A DNA stretch of 64,000 bases from a virus, in IMG/VR virus record IMGVR_UViG_3300012943_000031, positions 32,001 to 96,000 of that record; one strand, written 5' to 3'. Both the position numbers and the translations under genes were made by a program. Of this stretch, positions 33,798-46,300 are shown piece after piece; the first letter of the stretch is position 1; each line of letters starts with the position of its first letter. The notes below the pieces were generated by a model. It was not told the origin of the DNA. It saw nothing but the letters and a program-made list of their open reading frames with translations, and searched no databases.

Positions 33798-35837
33798 ATG
33801 CCAAGTAAAATAAATGATGCAACATATAAGCAGACCTACTTCTTCACAGATGATTTCAGTGATACTGCTAAAGACAATCCTTCACTAAATGGGCAACCTG
33901 ATATTAACACAACAATTAAGGAAAACCCATATCGTTCAAACGTGGAGATTGAGGGAGGAGAATTAGTTCTCCAGCCTGATCTATCAGCTTTATTCAAAGC
34001 TAATGGTGACAAACACTCTAAGGGTGGTATGAATGTACTACTTAAGCCAGATTCTTTTGTCTTCTCTGATTTCAAGGATTTATCCATATCAGATAATGAG
34101 AAGGAATTTTTCCAGCTTAAATTAGGTGGATCATCATCTCCAACAAAGAATACTCCTGCTGAAGTTGTTAAGAAAAATGTCGATGTAAAACATTATAACA
34201 CATTGATTAACAACATACAAGACCCATATAAAGACGAGTTGGCAAGAAAATCTTCTGCTATGATGTTGGAGAAATATATTGGTACTTTGGGTAATATTGC
34301 TTATCTACAGGAAGCTAAGAAAGGTTTCCCAGATGGATTACCTTCATTCTCAGTAGGTGCAGCACCGGTATTTGAAGAAGGTACAAGAGATGCTGTAGAT
34401 GAAAGTAAACAGTTTGCTAAATATGGTGGTACTATTGGTAACCCTTACATGCAGGTGGGTGGTAATCCATTCCTACCATTCAATCAACAGTTCCCACCTG
34501 CATCACCACGTACTACAAGAAAAGGTAGAAATTATAAACCTCCTGTAGATGTAGCTAATGTTGTTACACCTCCAGCAGTAAATAAATCTACTACAGCAGG
34601 AATCAATCCAATACCTTGGGGCTTATGGCAAGGTGATAAATTACCTATATTCCAAAATAGATTTGGTGTAACTAATGCTGCCGATAAGTTTGATGATTTA
34701 AAGAATTGGGATGCAGTTGCACAAGGATTAGGATATACTGGCCCTAAAGATAACAAGAAGTTCCAAGAGTGGTTGTATAGTTCATCACCTCAGAATAAAG
34801 CTATCATTGATAAATGGCATACACAATATGAAGACCCTTCTATTGCAAATCCTTCTGATAAAAGAAACAGATTTGACCAGAAGATTGGTATTCGTTGGGC
34901 TAATGCCATCAGAGAGATTATGAATCCTCCAAAAACTCAAACTCATCCACCAAGAGAACGTGATACTGAGCCCCCTATGCATAGTATTCCTCCTCCACCT
35001 CAGAATATCCCCGGCCCAAATCCCGGTGAAGTTAGTGGTGATCCTCAGGGTTGGAAGAGAGCAGACTGGGAATTCACACCTTGGCAGAAGTTGTCTCAGC
35101 TTTATAACTGGGGTCAATATGCTAATGTTAGGAGATATATGCCATATCGTTCACGTTACAATGCAACATATGCTGATCCTACATTACTGAACCCAGAACA
35201 AACAGTGGGAGATGTGAAAGGTCAGGTTTCTCAACAGTTAGGTGCTTTAGGAACACTTAATCCTATTATGAGAAATGCACAAGCAGCAGCTTCTTATGGA
35301 GCAGCTTTAAATGCAATTCCTAATATTCGTACTCAGTATGACAACCAGAATGCTCAAATCCAGAACCAGTTCCGTCAATATAACAATCAGGTTCGTAATA
35401 ATGAGAGTATGGTTAATATGAGTAATGACCAACAATACTACCAACAGGCTGTAGAAGGACGTAAAAACTTTGATAACTTACGTCAGTTTGCTGCTAATAA
35501 TGCTATGAATAACGTCCTGAGAGATGTGGAAACTAACCAGAAACTGGCTTATAACCTACTTTCCCAGAACAATCCTGCTTACAGTTATGACTGGAGAACA
35601 GGTGACTTCATGCGTAACAAAATGGACATCAGAGATGTTTCAGCAGACAATACTGTAGAAGCTTACCAAGATTTATTTGACGCTATTGGACAGGTGACTG
35701 ATCCTTACCAGAAAGCTCAATTACTGGAAAAAGCCTACAGACAGAAGAATATTATGCCTTATTTGAAGAACAATAATTCCGGATTCAGTCCTTATGGACA
35801 GAAGAAGGGTGGTAAAGTTAAGAATCCATTCAGATAA
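33798..35837 (+). CDS. Putative cargo/ejection protein
   Basis: EIEGGE...GDKHSKGG motif; Gln/Asn-rich C-terminus. Confidence 0.6.
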   Translation: MPSKINDATYKQTYFFTDDFSDTAKDNPSLNGQPDINTTIKENPYRSNVEIEGGELVLQPDLSALFKANGDKHSKGGMNVLLKPDSFVFSDFKDLSISDNEKEFFQLKLGGSSSPTKNTPAEVVKKNVDVKHYNTLINNIQDPYKDELARKSSAMMLEKYIGTLGNIAYLQEAKKGFPDGLPSFSVGAAPVFEEGTRDAVDESKQFAKYGGTIGNPYMQVGGNPFLPFNQQFPPASPRTTRKGRNYKPPVDVANVVTPPAVNKSTTAGINPIPWGLWQGDKLPIFQNRFGVTNAADKFDDLKNWDAVAQGLGYTGPKDNKKFQEWLYSSSPQNKAIIDKWHTQYEDPSIANPSDKRNRFDQKIGIRWANAIREIMNPPKTQTHPPRERDTEPPMHSIPPPPQNIPGPNPGEVSGDPQGWKRADWEFTPWQKLSQLYNWGQYANVRRYMPYRSRYNATYADPTLLNPEQTVGDVKGQVSQQLGALGTLNPIMRNAQAAASYGAALNAIPNIRTQYDNQNAQIQNQFRQYNNQVRNNESMVNMSNDQQYYQQAVEGRKNFDNLRQFAANNAMNNVLRDVETNQKLAYNLLSQNNPAYSYDWRTGDFMRNKMDIRDVSADNTVEAYQDLFDAIGQVTDPYQKAQLLEKAYRQKNIMPYLKNNNSGFSPYGQKKGGKVKNPFR

Positions 35838-35854
35838 TAATCTGAGAGATTAAC

Positions 35855-35885
35855 TTTGATAAAACATTAAAAATCAATATTTTTG
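35855..35885 (+). promoter_or_regulatory. Bacteroidota promoter upstream of the giant cargo operon
   Basis: TTTG 35855 and TATTTTTG 35878; ATG 4 nt later. Confidence 0.65.
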
Positions 35886-35889
35886 CACA

Positions 35890-38349
35890 ATGGCAGCATC
35901 ATCACCATATTCAGGAAACGATTATCAGGCAATATCCAACTTTAGACCTTACGAACTCCCTATAAATGAGATTGCTAAGGCTTCAGTTGCTATAGATGAG
36001 TTTTGGAAGGCAGGAGCAAGGAAAGTGAAGTCTTACTATGACAACGCCTTGAATCTGGATTTAACTTTGGATGCCAATAAACAGGTGAAGAAAGAGTTCA
36101 TGGATCAGGCTGAAAAACAGTTAACCAAACTTTCTTCTATGGACTTATCCGATCCCTCTGTCCAAAGACAGGGGTTTAATATATACAAGCCTCTTCTAAA
36201 TGATAAGGCTATCATGTATGATAATCAGTTAACTAAGACATTAAAATCAATCTACACTGACGCAGAAGGTTACAAAAGAAGAAAACTATCTTCTACTGGA
36301 GCAGAAGGGGAAGGTTATACACAAAGAAATTTAGCATATTCACTTGATGGATTTGAGAATTTCAACAAGGATTTACCCAGAGACCCTGCATTACTGGAAG
36401 AGTTGTATGGTAAATTAGGAAAAAGAAAATTTACACCTTACTACAATCCAACAAAAGAATATGCATCTATCCTAAAGAATTGTAAAGGTTCTGGTGGAGA
36501 AAAGCAAGATGTAGCATCAAACTACATGTATTTTGATAACTTCTCCAAAACTGGAGCAAACTCATCTGAGACATCTAACTGTTTTATGATGGGGTTATCA
36601 GAAAAAGCTAAAGAACAGATGGGTGTAGATGGTTGGGCATATTATAAAGCCAATCCAGATTTATTAGTAGCTGACCATCAACAGTTTGCATATGGTAGAC
36701 AGGAAACTCAATTGAAAGCTGTTCAGGGTAAAATCTCTGCCATAAAAGCTGGAGGTATATCTGAATCTGAGAGAGCACAATTAAAAGAATTAGAAGACAT
36801 GGTTCCTGCACTTCAAGCAGAAGTTGATAACCGTAAGAAGGAATATAATGAAATGGTTGGTGGAAATGCCATGAACTATGTTACTCAGAATTTCCAAACT
36901 TTAGCTAAGGGTATCTACTTAAATAAGAACTATGCTGCTTTAGGGGAAGCATTTAAGAGTGATGAAACATCACGTAAACTAACAGCTAATGCTGCCGGTA
37001 TTGCACAGTTCAATGCTATTGAAAGAGCACAACAAAATGAGTTAGATAGAGCAGCAGATAGGGAAAATATTATCCTACGTGCTATACTATCACGTAAATT
37101 GAAACAAGAAGCCGGAGAAATCCCTATGGATTTTGTTGATGTAATTACACCAGTAGCTACAGAAGATACTCCTGCAAATCAATATAATGAGAGTAGTTAC
37201 CGTTCTGAATTGTCTACAGCTAGAGGTGCTTTGGACAGAGCTTATCAAACTCTGACTTCCTACATTCTTTCAAAAGACCCTAATACAGAAAAGAGTGATT
37301 TTACTCATGCCTTCATATTAAACTGGGCTGACCAGCACTCTAAGAAACCTGTTGAACAGCAGGATAAACAATTCAGAGAGTTAATGGAAGCCTATAATAC
37401 TACTAAAGAAAACTTCTCAAATCTTGATATTAGAGGTAAAGCTGTTTATGCAACAGCAGAGAATCAGATAGGAATAAAGGGTAAATCATATGATGTTGGT
37501 GGAACCAAGTTTACATTTGACGAGTTATCAGCTTTAAGAAGAGGTCAGACTGTCAAAGGAGTACATTATGTACCGGGACAACAGATAAATTCAGGTATGG
37601 GAACCATATATCGTGAAGGATTCTATGCTAATGATAAAGGAGTAATCTACCAAGATGATCCTTATACAAAAGAAACTGAGAATATACAGAAGACCATTGA
37701 TAAGTTATTCAATGATGACTATTATTCTACAAACCCATATGCAACTCCACGTTTAGACCCTAAAAAGAATCCGGGAGTAGATGCCAGAATTAAAACAACT
37801 TTAGGTGTATCTGGAGACTCAAATGAGAAGAATGGATACCGTCTATTTGGACATGATCCTTCTGGTAAAGACTTGTATGTAATACCTTTAGATGATGAAG
37901 GTAATGAGATCAATATGACAACAGATGATTCTGAATATGCCAAAGCATACAGAAGAAATCCAGCAGTTCAATTGAAGAGTATAGGTGGAAAGAATGTGGT
38001 GGTTATACCAAATGTATTACCTGCACTACCAGATACTCCAACAACAGAACAACAGTCTCACATCAGTAGTATCAGAAGTTTCCAATCACTTATGGGAACT
38101 ATGCTGAAATCTAAGACTGGATATTACAGTTCTGAAGATTTGAAGAATAGGGATGGAACTACATTTGCATACCCGAATGTCATGTTTAAAACACCATTTG
38201 GTGCTAATGTCAAGGTAAAAGCTGTACAAATGAATGGTCAGACCAAGTTAGTTCCAGCAGTAGAAAGAAAAGACGGAAGTTGGGATGACAACTATCAATC
38301 ATTTACTACACCAGAAGAATTAGTACTTTATTTTAGAACACATAGATAA
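35890..38349 (+). CDS. Putative cargo/ejection protein
   Basis: 819 aa; N-terminal FRPYELP motif; synteny. Confidence 0.6.
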   Translation: MAASSPYSGNDYQAISNFRPYELPINEIAKASVAIDEFWKAGARKVKSYYDNALNLDLTLDANKQVKKEFMDQAEKQLTKLSSMDLSDPSVQRQGFNIYKPLLNDKAIMYDNQLTKTLKSIYTDAEGYKRRKLSSTGAEGEGYTQRNLAYSLDGFENFNKDLPRDPALLEELYGKLGKRKFTPYYNPTKEYASILKNCKGSGGEKQDVASNYMYFDNFSKTGANSSETSNCFMMGLSEKAKEQMGVDGWAYYKANPDLLVADHQQFAYGRQETQLKAVQGKISAIKAGGISESERAQLKELEDMVPALQAEVDNRKKEYNEMVGGNAMNYVTQNFQTLAKGIYLNKNYAALGEAFKSDETSRKLTANAAGIAQFNAIERAQQNELDRAADRENIILRAILSRKLKQEAGEIPMDFVDVITPVATEDTPANQYNESSYRSELSTARGALDRAYQTLTSYILSKDPNTEKSDFTHAFILNWADQHSKKPVEQQDKQFRELMEAYNTTKENFSNLDIRGKAVYATAENQIGIKGKSYDVGGTKFTFDELSALRRGQTVKGVHYVPGQQINSGMGTIYREGFYANDKGVIYQDDPYTKETENIQKTIDKLFNDDYYSTNPYATPRLDPKKNPGVDARIKTTLGVSGDSNEKNGYRLFGHDPSGKDLYVIPLDDEGNEINMTTDDSEYAKAYRRNPAVQLKSIGGKNVVVIPNVLPALPDTPTTEQQSHISSIRSFQSLMGTMLKSKTGYYSSEDLKNRDGTTFAYPNVMFKTPFGANVKVKAVQMNGQTKLVPAVERKDGSWDDNYQSFTTPEELVLYFRTHR

Positions 38350-41300
38350 TGGCAGATAACATATCTACTATACCATCAGAATTAGAAGTAGGTGTCTTTA
38401 GTGACAACCTACTTTCTACGCAATTAGACACACTGGAGAGGGTTCAATCTCTTTACAGTGATTTTAACGTGCCTGATATTCAACATAGCCCAATACCTAC
38501 AGTACCTAAGGATATGTCAACAGACGATCTTCTTAAGACTAAAGGTATGTCCATGAATGACTTCCTGACATCAACTGATCCTAAGCTAAATGAAATAGCT
38601 AAGAATTATATGTCTCAGGATGCTGCAAGAAACAAAGCTTTAACCAAAGGTTATGGTTTAGATCATTTAGTAAAATACCAAGAAGGTCAGGACAAATATA
38701 CAACTGACCATTGGTGGAGTGAAGCTGGTAAAACTAAGTTTGGCTTTAACCCCTATGCTACATTAGCAGAGAATGATGATTTCTACCACAAGAATGTATG
38801 GAATAACTATTCCCTATTTGGAAAAATATGGAGAGGTACAGGTACATTTGCAGGTAGAGCATTATCCAAGATCGTTACAGGACTTGTAGGTATGGTTGGT
38901 GACATTGGTGCAATGGCTTGGAATGGTATGGAGGAATTAAATGAATCCTTAGGTGGTCAACAAAATAACTTCTGGGCTGACGTTTCTGACAACTGGTTAG
39001 CACGTAAGATGGAAGATGCTGATAACTATACAAAGGAACAAATCCTACCTACTTATAGATCAATCAATTATGATGATAAAGGAGCTTTTGCTAAACTGAC
39101 AGACCCAACATTCTGGATGAATGATTTGGCTGATGGTGCAGGTTTCCTACTACAATTTGCTGTTCCCGGTACTTTATTTGGTAAAGCAGCAGTATTAGGT
39201 AAGGCAGGTAAGTTAGGAAGATTTGGAAAGTTAATGTCTGCTGGTGTAGGGGAAGCTACAACTGCTTCACGTTTAGCCAGAGGTACAGGTGCTGGATTAG
39301 AATTCCTAACAGGTTCAAGAAATGTAGGTGGTATTACTGCTCACGTATTCAATACTACTATGGAGAGTGTAGCTGAAACTAAAGAAGGTTTCAATGCTAC
39401 AGTAAAAGAATTAGTAGAGAAGGGTTACTCAGAACATGAGGCTAAACAAATAGCTGCTGAAAATGCACCTTTCCAGTTTGGTACTAATATGGGTATCCTG
39501 TCATTCTCTAATGCATTTGAGAATAAATGGTTCCAACAAGCTGTTGGAAATAGAATTAACCCATTCCGTTCCAAGATAAATGCTGCTGGTCTAATAGAAA
39601 ATAAGACAGGTAATTTAGTTGGTAAATTCTTCACTGATAACAAGTGGGGAAACCGTCTATACTATTATGGTATGAATGGTGCTAAAGCTGCTGTCATGGA
39701 AGGTTACTGGGAAGAAAATGCCCAGTTAGCTGCTCAACGTGTAGCCAGAGGTGAATATGAAAGAAAGGGTGAAGATACTCCTTCTCAAGGATATACAGAG
39801 AAAGCTACCAATTTCTTCTCACAGTTAATGAAACAAACTGTAGATTCTGCCAAAGGAAAAGATAGAGAAGCTGCTGACTCAATAATGGCTGGTGTTGTTA
39901 TTGGTGTATTAGGTGGTGGTCTATTTTCAAAATTCTCAGGATCACGTAAAATACCTCAGGTAGATGCAGATGGAAACCCTCTGATGAACAATGGACTACG
40001 TGTTACCAAAACATCTTTCCTTCCTGAAGGTCAAAGAAGAAGGGAGAATAGAGAACATGCTGAAACTGTAGCAGCCGTTAAGAATGCTAGAGATGCATGG
40101 ATGTCTATCAATACTATGCCTATTGATATTTACAATGAGGATAAAACTATCAATGAAGAGAAAGCTCAGAGAAGAGTTGATGAACTAAATGAAAAATTAT
40201 CCAAAGTTGCATCTGTATCCAATAGGAGAATCACACTTGACCAATTAACAGACCCAACAGAGAGAGAAAATAAACAGTATTTATTATTCGGTGATTTTCT
40301 TAAAGCTCATATCCTGAATGGTACTGGTGAGGATTTAATAGAAAGAATTAAGAACTGGGGTAACAAGTCTGAAGATGAGTTAGCAATGTATGGAGTTGAT
40401 CCTGAGATTGCTGAAAATCCTCTTCACTGGGCTAATGTTGCACAGACTTTATATAATGAATACAAGAACATTGATGGTATCAAGTTCGTAAATCCTGTAA
40501 ATGAGAAGACAGGTAAGAGAGAGACAACAGATGCTTACTTCCAGAAGGAAAGAGCTATCAAGTCTCTTATATTTGACTATACTGCTCAGAGAGAAGCTTC
40601 AAAAATGACTGCTGCCAGATATGCAGAGTTAGAAGCTGAGAATAACCCATTCCGTTCTGTGGACACATTCAATTCATATAATGCATTGATTGCCAGAAGG
40701 AATGCACTAGATTATACCCTAAAACAAGATAATCTTGATCCGGACTCAAAAGACTTCTTCCAGAAGGATTTAGATAAGGTGAATGCACAGATTGAGATGA
40801 GAAAAAACTCACTTCCAGAACATGTTACTGGTAATATCAGTGACATGGTATTTGAGAAGGATAGTGATATTGCTACTCAGGAAAGAGAGATCATGGAGTC
40901 CATAAATGATTACCTTGGGTATCAGATGGGTAAAGAGGACTTCTTACGTGCAGTAGAAGCTCATGACAAATTGATTAAAGAATACTCTGATCCTAATACA
41001 GGTATCCAGAAGTATAATGAGGTTGTAGATTATTGGGCAGATAAATTATCCAAAACACGTCTAGCTAAACTTGTAGATTTAGGTTATACTGAAGCTCAGG
41101 TAACTAACATGACTGAGGAACAACAACAAAAAGCTATTGACTCAGGTTTAACAAGAGAACAAGCAGAACAACAAGCTGCCAACCCTCCAGCAACTCCTAA
41201 GGAAGAAGAGGAATCAACTACTCTTGGTAGAATCATGAATCTGGTGAGTAAGGCTGGTATGGATGCATGGAATGGTATGAAGGATTTTGTTAGAAGCAAA

Positions 41301-43385
41301 TTGAATTTAGACCCAGATGTGGCATCACTAGATGAGATTAAGGAAGCTGCACAACAGAAAATGGATGAGAATAATACACCATCCAAAGATGACATAAGAA
41401 AACAACTATTAGCTGCTCTGAAAGAAATAGATGAGAGATATACAGATGAGAATTTGGATGCTGCTGCTGCACAATTAGCAGTTGCCATACAACAATCTCC
41501 TGAAGGATTTCCTCAGAATTTGAGGGATTTAGTAACTCTATTTGTACAGAGTAAAGTAGAAGATGTTAAGAAAGGTGATCCAGAAGCTGACTCTAAGACT
41601 GAGAAACAACCTGCAACAGATGTAAATGCTGTTCCTAAGGTTGATGAACAAGCTAAAGATGTTGTACCAGAAGTAACACCTGAACCAGAAGACAATGATC
41701 TGGAAATTACTCCTACACCAACTGTAGAGGCATCACCTACTGTAACAGTTGAGGTTCCTGATGTACGTACTAATGTAATGCCGTCTACTCTACTGGATGA
41801 GGTAAGAGAAGCATACCGTCTTCACCAACAGGCTTTGGAGAATGAAACAACATTCAAAGAAGAGGCTGAGAAGGAGGATATGAAAGTTCACAATAACAGG
41901 ATTGATTACCACTCAGATGAAGGTAAATTTACAGGTAACATAAATGTAAATACATCCAATCCAAGAGATTTAGTAGATGGTAATCTGAAAACTGCCGACA
42001 ATAATCTGGCACGTTTTAACTTTACTGACAACCTATTGACAGGTAAATTAGACAGTAATGATTTTAAGATCAGATTAACACTATCTCAAAATGATGTAAT
42101 TGTTGGTATAGTTGCCGACAAACAAGGTAACCCATTGAGTTTCAATGACAAAGGGATGCCAGTTAAGGAAGGTTTACCTATCCTTATGTACATTGATATG
42201 GAGATGTATGAGAAAGCAAATCTTGGAAAAAGAAGACAGGATGTGGTTAAACCCCCATTCCCTCTTGCTCCATTGATGACTTTCATCAATCCTCTAACAG
42301 GAAAAACTGCCCTATATAATCTACCTCAAGGTGGTAAAATGGGTTCAGAGAGAACATTTGTTAACCCTCCTATTGAGTTACACCCATCATTTGCTGAGAA
42401 AGATGTAATGAGTATGCTGAAGGATAGTATCAGAAAAGGCACTGTAACAGCCTCTATCTCATTCCTTACACAAGGTATGTTATATAGGGAAGGTACTGAC
42501 AATAGTTACTCAAATATACCAAAGAATGCTCCTACTAAATCTGCACAAGATTTATGGGAAAAGGGCCATCTAAGAGATGAAAGAGGTGAAATCCCTCTGG
42601 AAGACACTATAATGAATGGGGTTTACAGAAGAGCCCAACGTATTCAATTTAGACTATTATCTAATATCAACGATAGGAATGGTGGTTCAGAAAGTGCTGA
42701 GTTTCATGCACTTCCACTAGGAGAAGTTACAAATGAGAAAGGGGAGAAAATCTGGGATTTACTTAAAGCTGAGAATGGTCAGAATTTCTTTGAGGCTGCT
42801 ATACAGGGTAATCTTGAGGCAACTAAAGAAAATCTTACTACACTTAATGCATTGTTACGTCCAGATAAGTTCTTGGTTCTGAACTTAGGAAGATTGGGTA
42901 ATGGTAACTTATTGGTTATCAACCTAAAGAAATTTAAGAAGTTCCTGAACACACCTGATGTGACACCTGAACAATTACGTGAACTAACTACAGTAGATGA
43001 CCTGAAAAACAGTGAATTAAACTTCTCCAAGATATTCTATGATCTGGATGATGAGGTAGAATTGGCTCAGGGAGTTCTGGGAGATGGACGTAATAACTAC
43101 ATGCGTTTCGTCAACAGGAACGTAATGACTTCAGCCTCAACAATTAAAAAAGGAAATATTGAAGGATATAGTCGTATAAATAAAAGAATTGGCTTATCTT
43201 TGGATATGAATATGGATGATTTAAATAAGGCAGAGAACCAAAGGGAGCAGGAAAATAAAGCCCCTAAATTAACAGAGGTTACAATTGAAGATGATATGAA
43301 TGACAAGCAAAAGTCAGACTTACTATTCTCCAAACATGAGGAAGAAGAAAACTTCGATGATGACTTCACAAAAACAGATTGCTAA
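38349..43385 (+). CDS. Giant cargo/ejection protein with Gly/Ala-rich membrane-inserting-like segments
   Basis: 1678 aa; ES..E and EG..EE..Q motifs, hydrophobic helices in the N-terminal third. Confidence 0.6.
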   Translation: MADNISTIPSELEVGVFSDNLLSTQLDTLERVQSLYSDFNVPDIQHSPIPTVPKDMSTDDLLKTKGMSMNDFLTSTDPKLNEIAKNYMSQDAARNKALTKGYGLDHLVKYQEGQDKYTTDHWWSEAGKTKFGFNPYATLAENDDFYHKNVWNNYSLFGKIWRGTGTFAGRALSKIVTGLVGMVGDIGAMAWNGMEELNESLGGQQNNFWADVSDNWLARKMEDADNYTKEQILPTYRSINYDDKGAFAKLTDPTFWMNDLADGAGFLLQFAVPGTLFGKAAVLGKAGKLGRFGKLMSAGVGEATTASRLARGTGAGLEFLTGSRNVGGITAHVFNTTMESVAETKEGFNATVKELVEKGYSEHEAKQIAAENAPFQFGTNMGILSFSNAFENKWFQQAVGNRINPFRSKINAAGLIENKTGNLVGKFFTDNKWGNRLYYYGMNGAKAAVMEGYWEENAQLAAQRVARGEYERKGEDTPSQGYTEKATNFFSQLMKQTVDSAKGKDREAADSIMAGVVIGVLGGGLFSKFSGSRKIPQVDADGNPLMNNGLRVTKTSFLPEGQRRRENREHAETVAAVKNARDAWMSINTMPIDIYNEDKTINEEKAQRRVDELNEKLSKVASVSNRRITLDQLTDPTERENKQYLLFGDFLKAHILNGTGEDLIERIKNWGNKSEDELAMYGVDPEIAENPLHWANVAQTLYNEYKNIDGIKFVNPVNEKTGKRETTDAYFQKERAIKSLIFDYTAQREASKMTAARYAELEAENNPFRSVDTFNSYNALIARRNALDYTLKQDNLDPDSKDFFQKDLDKVNAQIEMRKNSLPEHVTGNISDMVFEKDSDIATQEREIMESINDYLGYQMGKEDFLRAVEAHDKLIKEYSDPNTGIQKYNEVVDYWADKLSKTRLAKLVDLGYTEAQVTNMTEEQQQKAIDSGLTREQAEQQAANPPATPKEEEESTTLGRIMNLVSKAGMDAWNGMKDFVRSKLNLDPDVASLDEIKEAAQQKMDENNTPSKDDIRKQLLAALKEIDERYTDENLDAAAAQLAVAIQQSPEGFPQNLRDLVTLFVQSKVEDVKKGDPEADSKTEKQPATDVNAVPKVDEQAKDVVPEVTPEPEDNDLEITPTPTVEASPTVTVEVPDVRTNVMPSTLLDEVREAYRLHQQALENETTFKEEAEKEDMKVHNNRIDYHSDEGKFTGNINVNTSNPRDLVDGNLKTADNNLARFNFTDNLLTGKLDSNDFKIRLTLSQNDVIVGIVADKQGNPLSFNDKGMPVKEGLPILMYIDMEMYEKANLGKRRQDVVKPPFPLAPLMTFINPLTGKTALYNLPQGGKMGSERTFVNPPIELHPSFAEKDVMSMLKDSIRKGTVTASISFLTQGMLYREGTDNSYSNIPKNAPTKSAQDLWEKGHLRDERGEIPLEDTIMNGVYRRAQRIQFRLLSNINDRNGGSESAEFHALPLGEVTNEKGEKIWDLLKAENGQNFFEAAIQGNLEATKENLTTLNALLRPDKFLVLNLGRLGNGNLLVINLKKFKKFLNTPDVTPEQLRELTTVDDLKNSELNFSKIFYDLDDEVELAQGVLGDGRNNYMRFVNRNVMTSASTIKKGNIEGYSRINKRIGLSLDMNMDDLNKAENQREQENKAPKLTEVTIEDDMNDKQKSDLLFSKHEEEENFDDDFTKTDC

Positions 43386-46300
43386 TGATTTGCGCATTAA
43401 ATAAGACACAGAAAGAAGCTACACTTAAGTTACTTGGAAGACTGGTTACAGTCAACCAAGTTAGTTCTCCGGAAGAAATTCTGAAGAACGTATATCACGT
43501 TATATATGAGTCTTTTGTAAAGAAAGATATGCAGAAGGATGCTCAACAGTATTCTTTTGCCATGACTCAGTATGCTGCTGATAATCTATACCTTATATTA
43601 GACCCTAAAGATGAGGGATTAAGAGAGTTAGTTTCCAAGGTATTGGGAACATACTCACAATTCTCCATTGAGAATATTGAGAAGTTTAAGAATGAGGAAG
43701 AGTTAAGAAAACTACTGGGTCTTACTGAACGTAAGCTGGAAAATATCCCATCTACTGTATCAAGAGAGAGTGTAAGTACTCACTTAGAAAATATAGGGAA
43801 ACAATTCACTCCTATTAAGGAGAAAGTTGGATATGTTAGAAGTAACATGTTAAATGCTCCTATATGGAAATTCCCTATTGCCAAAACTAAAGATGGTACA
43901 CCTATTAAATTAGCATCAGTATCTGACTTCCTTAATAAAGCTACAATCAAAAATGTAGTTCCGGCAGATAACCTGAGAACTCGTGCTGGTACATTAACTG
44001 ACTCAGTAATCAGAAAATTCTTCAGAAATCCTGTTACTTATGAGCAGTTCCAAAAGAATATGCTTACTGACAAAGAATTCGTGGAGTCATTCAAACGTTT
44101 CTCTGAGAACACATCTATACCTAAAACAGAGGGTACTACACCTATCCTAAACAGATATATGGATGATTATCTGAATGATATGATGTACGCCATCAATTTC
44201 ATCCAGAGTAATTATCAGGATGCCTACATAACTGATTTGGGTACTATAATCGATAATTCTTCTCTGTCTCAAGAGGAGAAAAAGAAATTCTACATCTACT
44301 CAGCAGAGATTGGATTAAGAGGTGAGTTAGACTTAATTGCCATCAAACCAGATGGTACATTCACTGTCATAGATATTAAAACTACCGATGGTTACAATAC
44401 TCCTACTCAGGAAAGTAAGCATGGTAAACAAGTAGCTGTATATGATATGATTATGCAGACTGTTACTGGATTAAAATCATCTGGTAATCATGACGTTATA
44501 TATCTGACTACCTTTATGAATAACCCAACAATTGTGATGGGTAAGAAAGGCAATGTAGGTAACTATAAAATCTCTATCTCAGGATATGAGAAGAAATCAT
44601 TCAAAAACTCCCACCCTGAGTTATTACAGAAAGAAATCAATGCCTACAAACAACAGATTGATAGTATATATCAGAAGACTGCACCAATCAAAGATGACAG
44701 TTCTGATGTAAAACCATTCAACCCATTCTCTCCAATTAACTTTGGAAGAGGTAGAATAAAACCGGGTGACAAAGGATTAAAGATGTCCTTTAGCCCTAAT
44801 GATAAATTATCTACAAGAGAATCATTACAGGCTGGTAAAGCATGGCTTCAATCAGTATTCCCAGAATTAGGTGATGCAGGAGTTCAAATTATGAAGATTG
44901 CTAACTCTCCTGTAGGTGGTGAATTCTTCATAGATGTAATAAAATTATATGAGAAATCTAATGAGGGTGTAGCTTATCACGAAGGTTGGCACAGATTCAC
45001 TCAGTTATACATGACTAAAAGAGAGAAGACAAATCTCTACGATAAAGTTAAAGGAGAGGGTATTGAATTTACTACAAGAGATGGTAGAACCCTGAATACT
45101 GAGGATGCTGACTTCTATGATATTGAAGAGTTCATGGCTGAAGAGTTCCGTAAATATGCACAAAACCCTTCTGCTTATACATTCCCTAAGGGAAATCCTG
45201 CTCCAAAATCTTGGTTCAAAAAGATATGGGCAGCTATCAAAGCAATTGCCCAATGGTTCAAGAGTAATGGGTCATTCTCTTATAATGATCTATTCAATGA
45301 ATTATATACTGGAACATTCAACAAAACTAACTTCAGTGTAAATAATGCCATCTTTACCCATATGAATTCATTTTTCGTGGATTCAGCTACAGGTAAGGAT
45401 ACTGTATTAGATAACATTACATTCCTGAAATTTAGGGACTTTACTGACTATACATTAGGACAGTACCTATCAGTTAATGATATTACTGTTACAGACCTTC
45501 TTACTACTGAGGGTCTCAAAGAATTAAATGAGTTAGTAAAACAGACACTGATTAACAAAAAGAATCAGTTAGATATAACACGTTCTGATCTGAAAAATGA
45601 GATAGATGCTACTGAGGATGAGAGTGTTAAGGAAAGAATGAAAGCTAGTGATGAGTCACTGAAATTCTATCAGGATGCTCTGAACACTATTCTGGAACAG
45701 AATGGTAATGAAGACTTCATTAAGTTTGCTGACTTCATGCGTGCATACTTCAAAACATCTCAGTATCAGTCACTTAGAAAGTTCGTTGGTAAAAACCAAG
45801 AGATTGTTAACCAAATAGTTAATGAAGAAAGTTTAGCTGACTTTGAGAAGGAAGAAGAGGTAGGAGAAGAATTAGATGACATGGATAACAAGCCAGAAGA
45901 ATCATCTGATTATGAGTATAATAGATCAGGTAATGAGAAAGAGGCTATTAAGAATGCTAAAGATGAGTTGAAAGACTTCTTTGCTGCCATACCTCGTCAC
46001 AAAAATGCTGATTTAGTATCAGAGAGTGATCCTTCCTTATATGAATATGATAAGGGTGGTCTACCTGTTACCTTATCTAAACAGGAAGCTTTCTATAAAA
46101 CACTGAGAGTATTACAAGGTTCTCTGACACTTAGCAATATTATTAATCGTCTGAATGATCCAAATAACTACCTGACATTCCCTGAGTTACTATCAGTGAA
46201 GGAGAAATTATTAGGTTCATCTGGAAATGAAGGATTAATTCCTAAACTACAGAGACTATCTACTTCTATGATGGCAGGTTCTGCCACAAGAGATGAGGTA

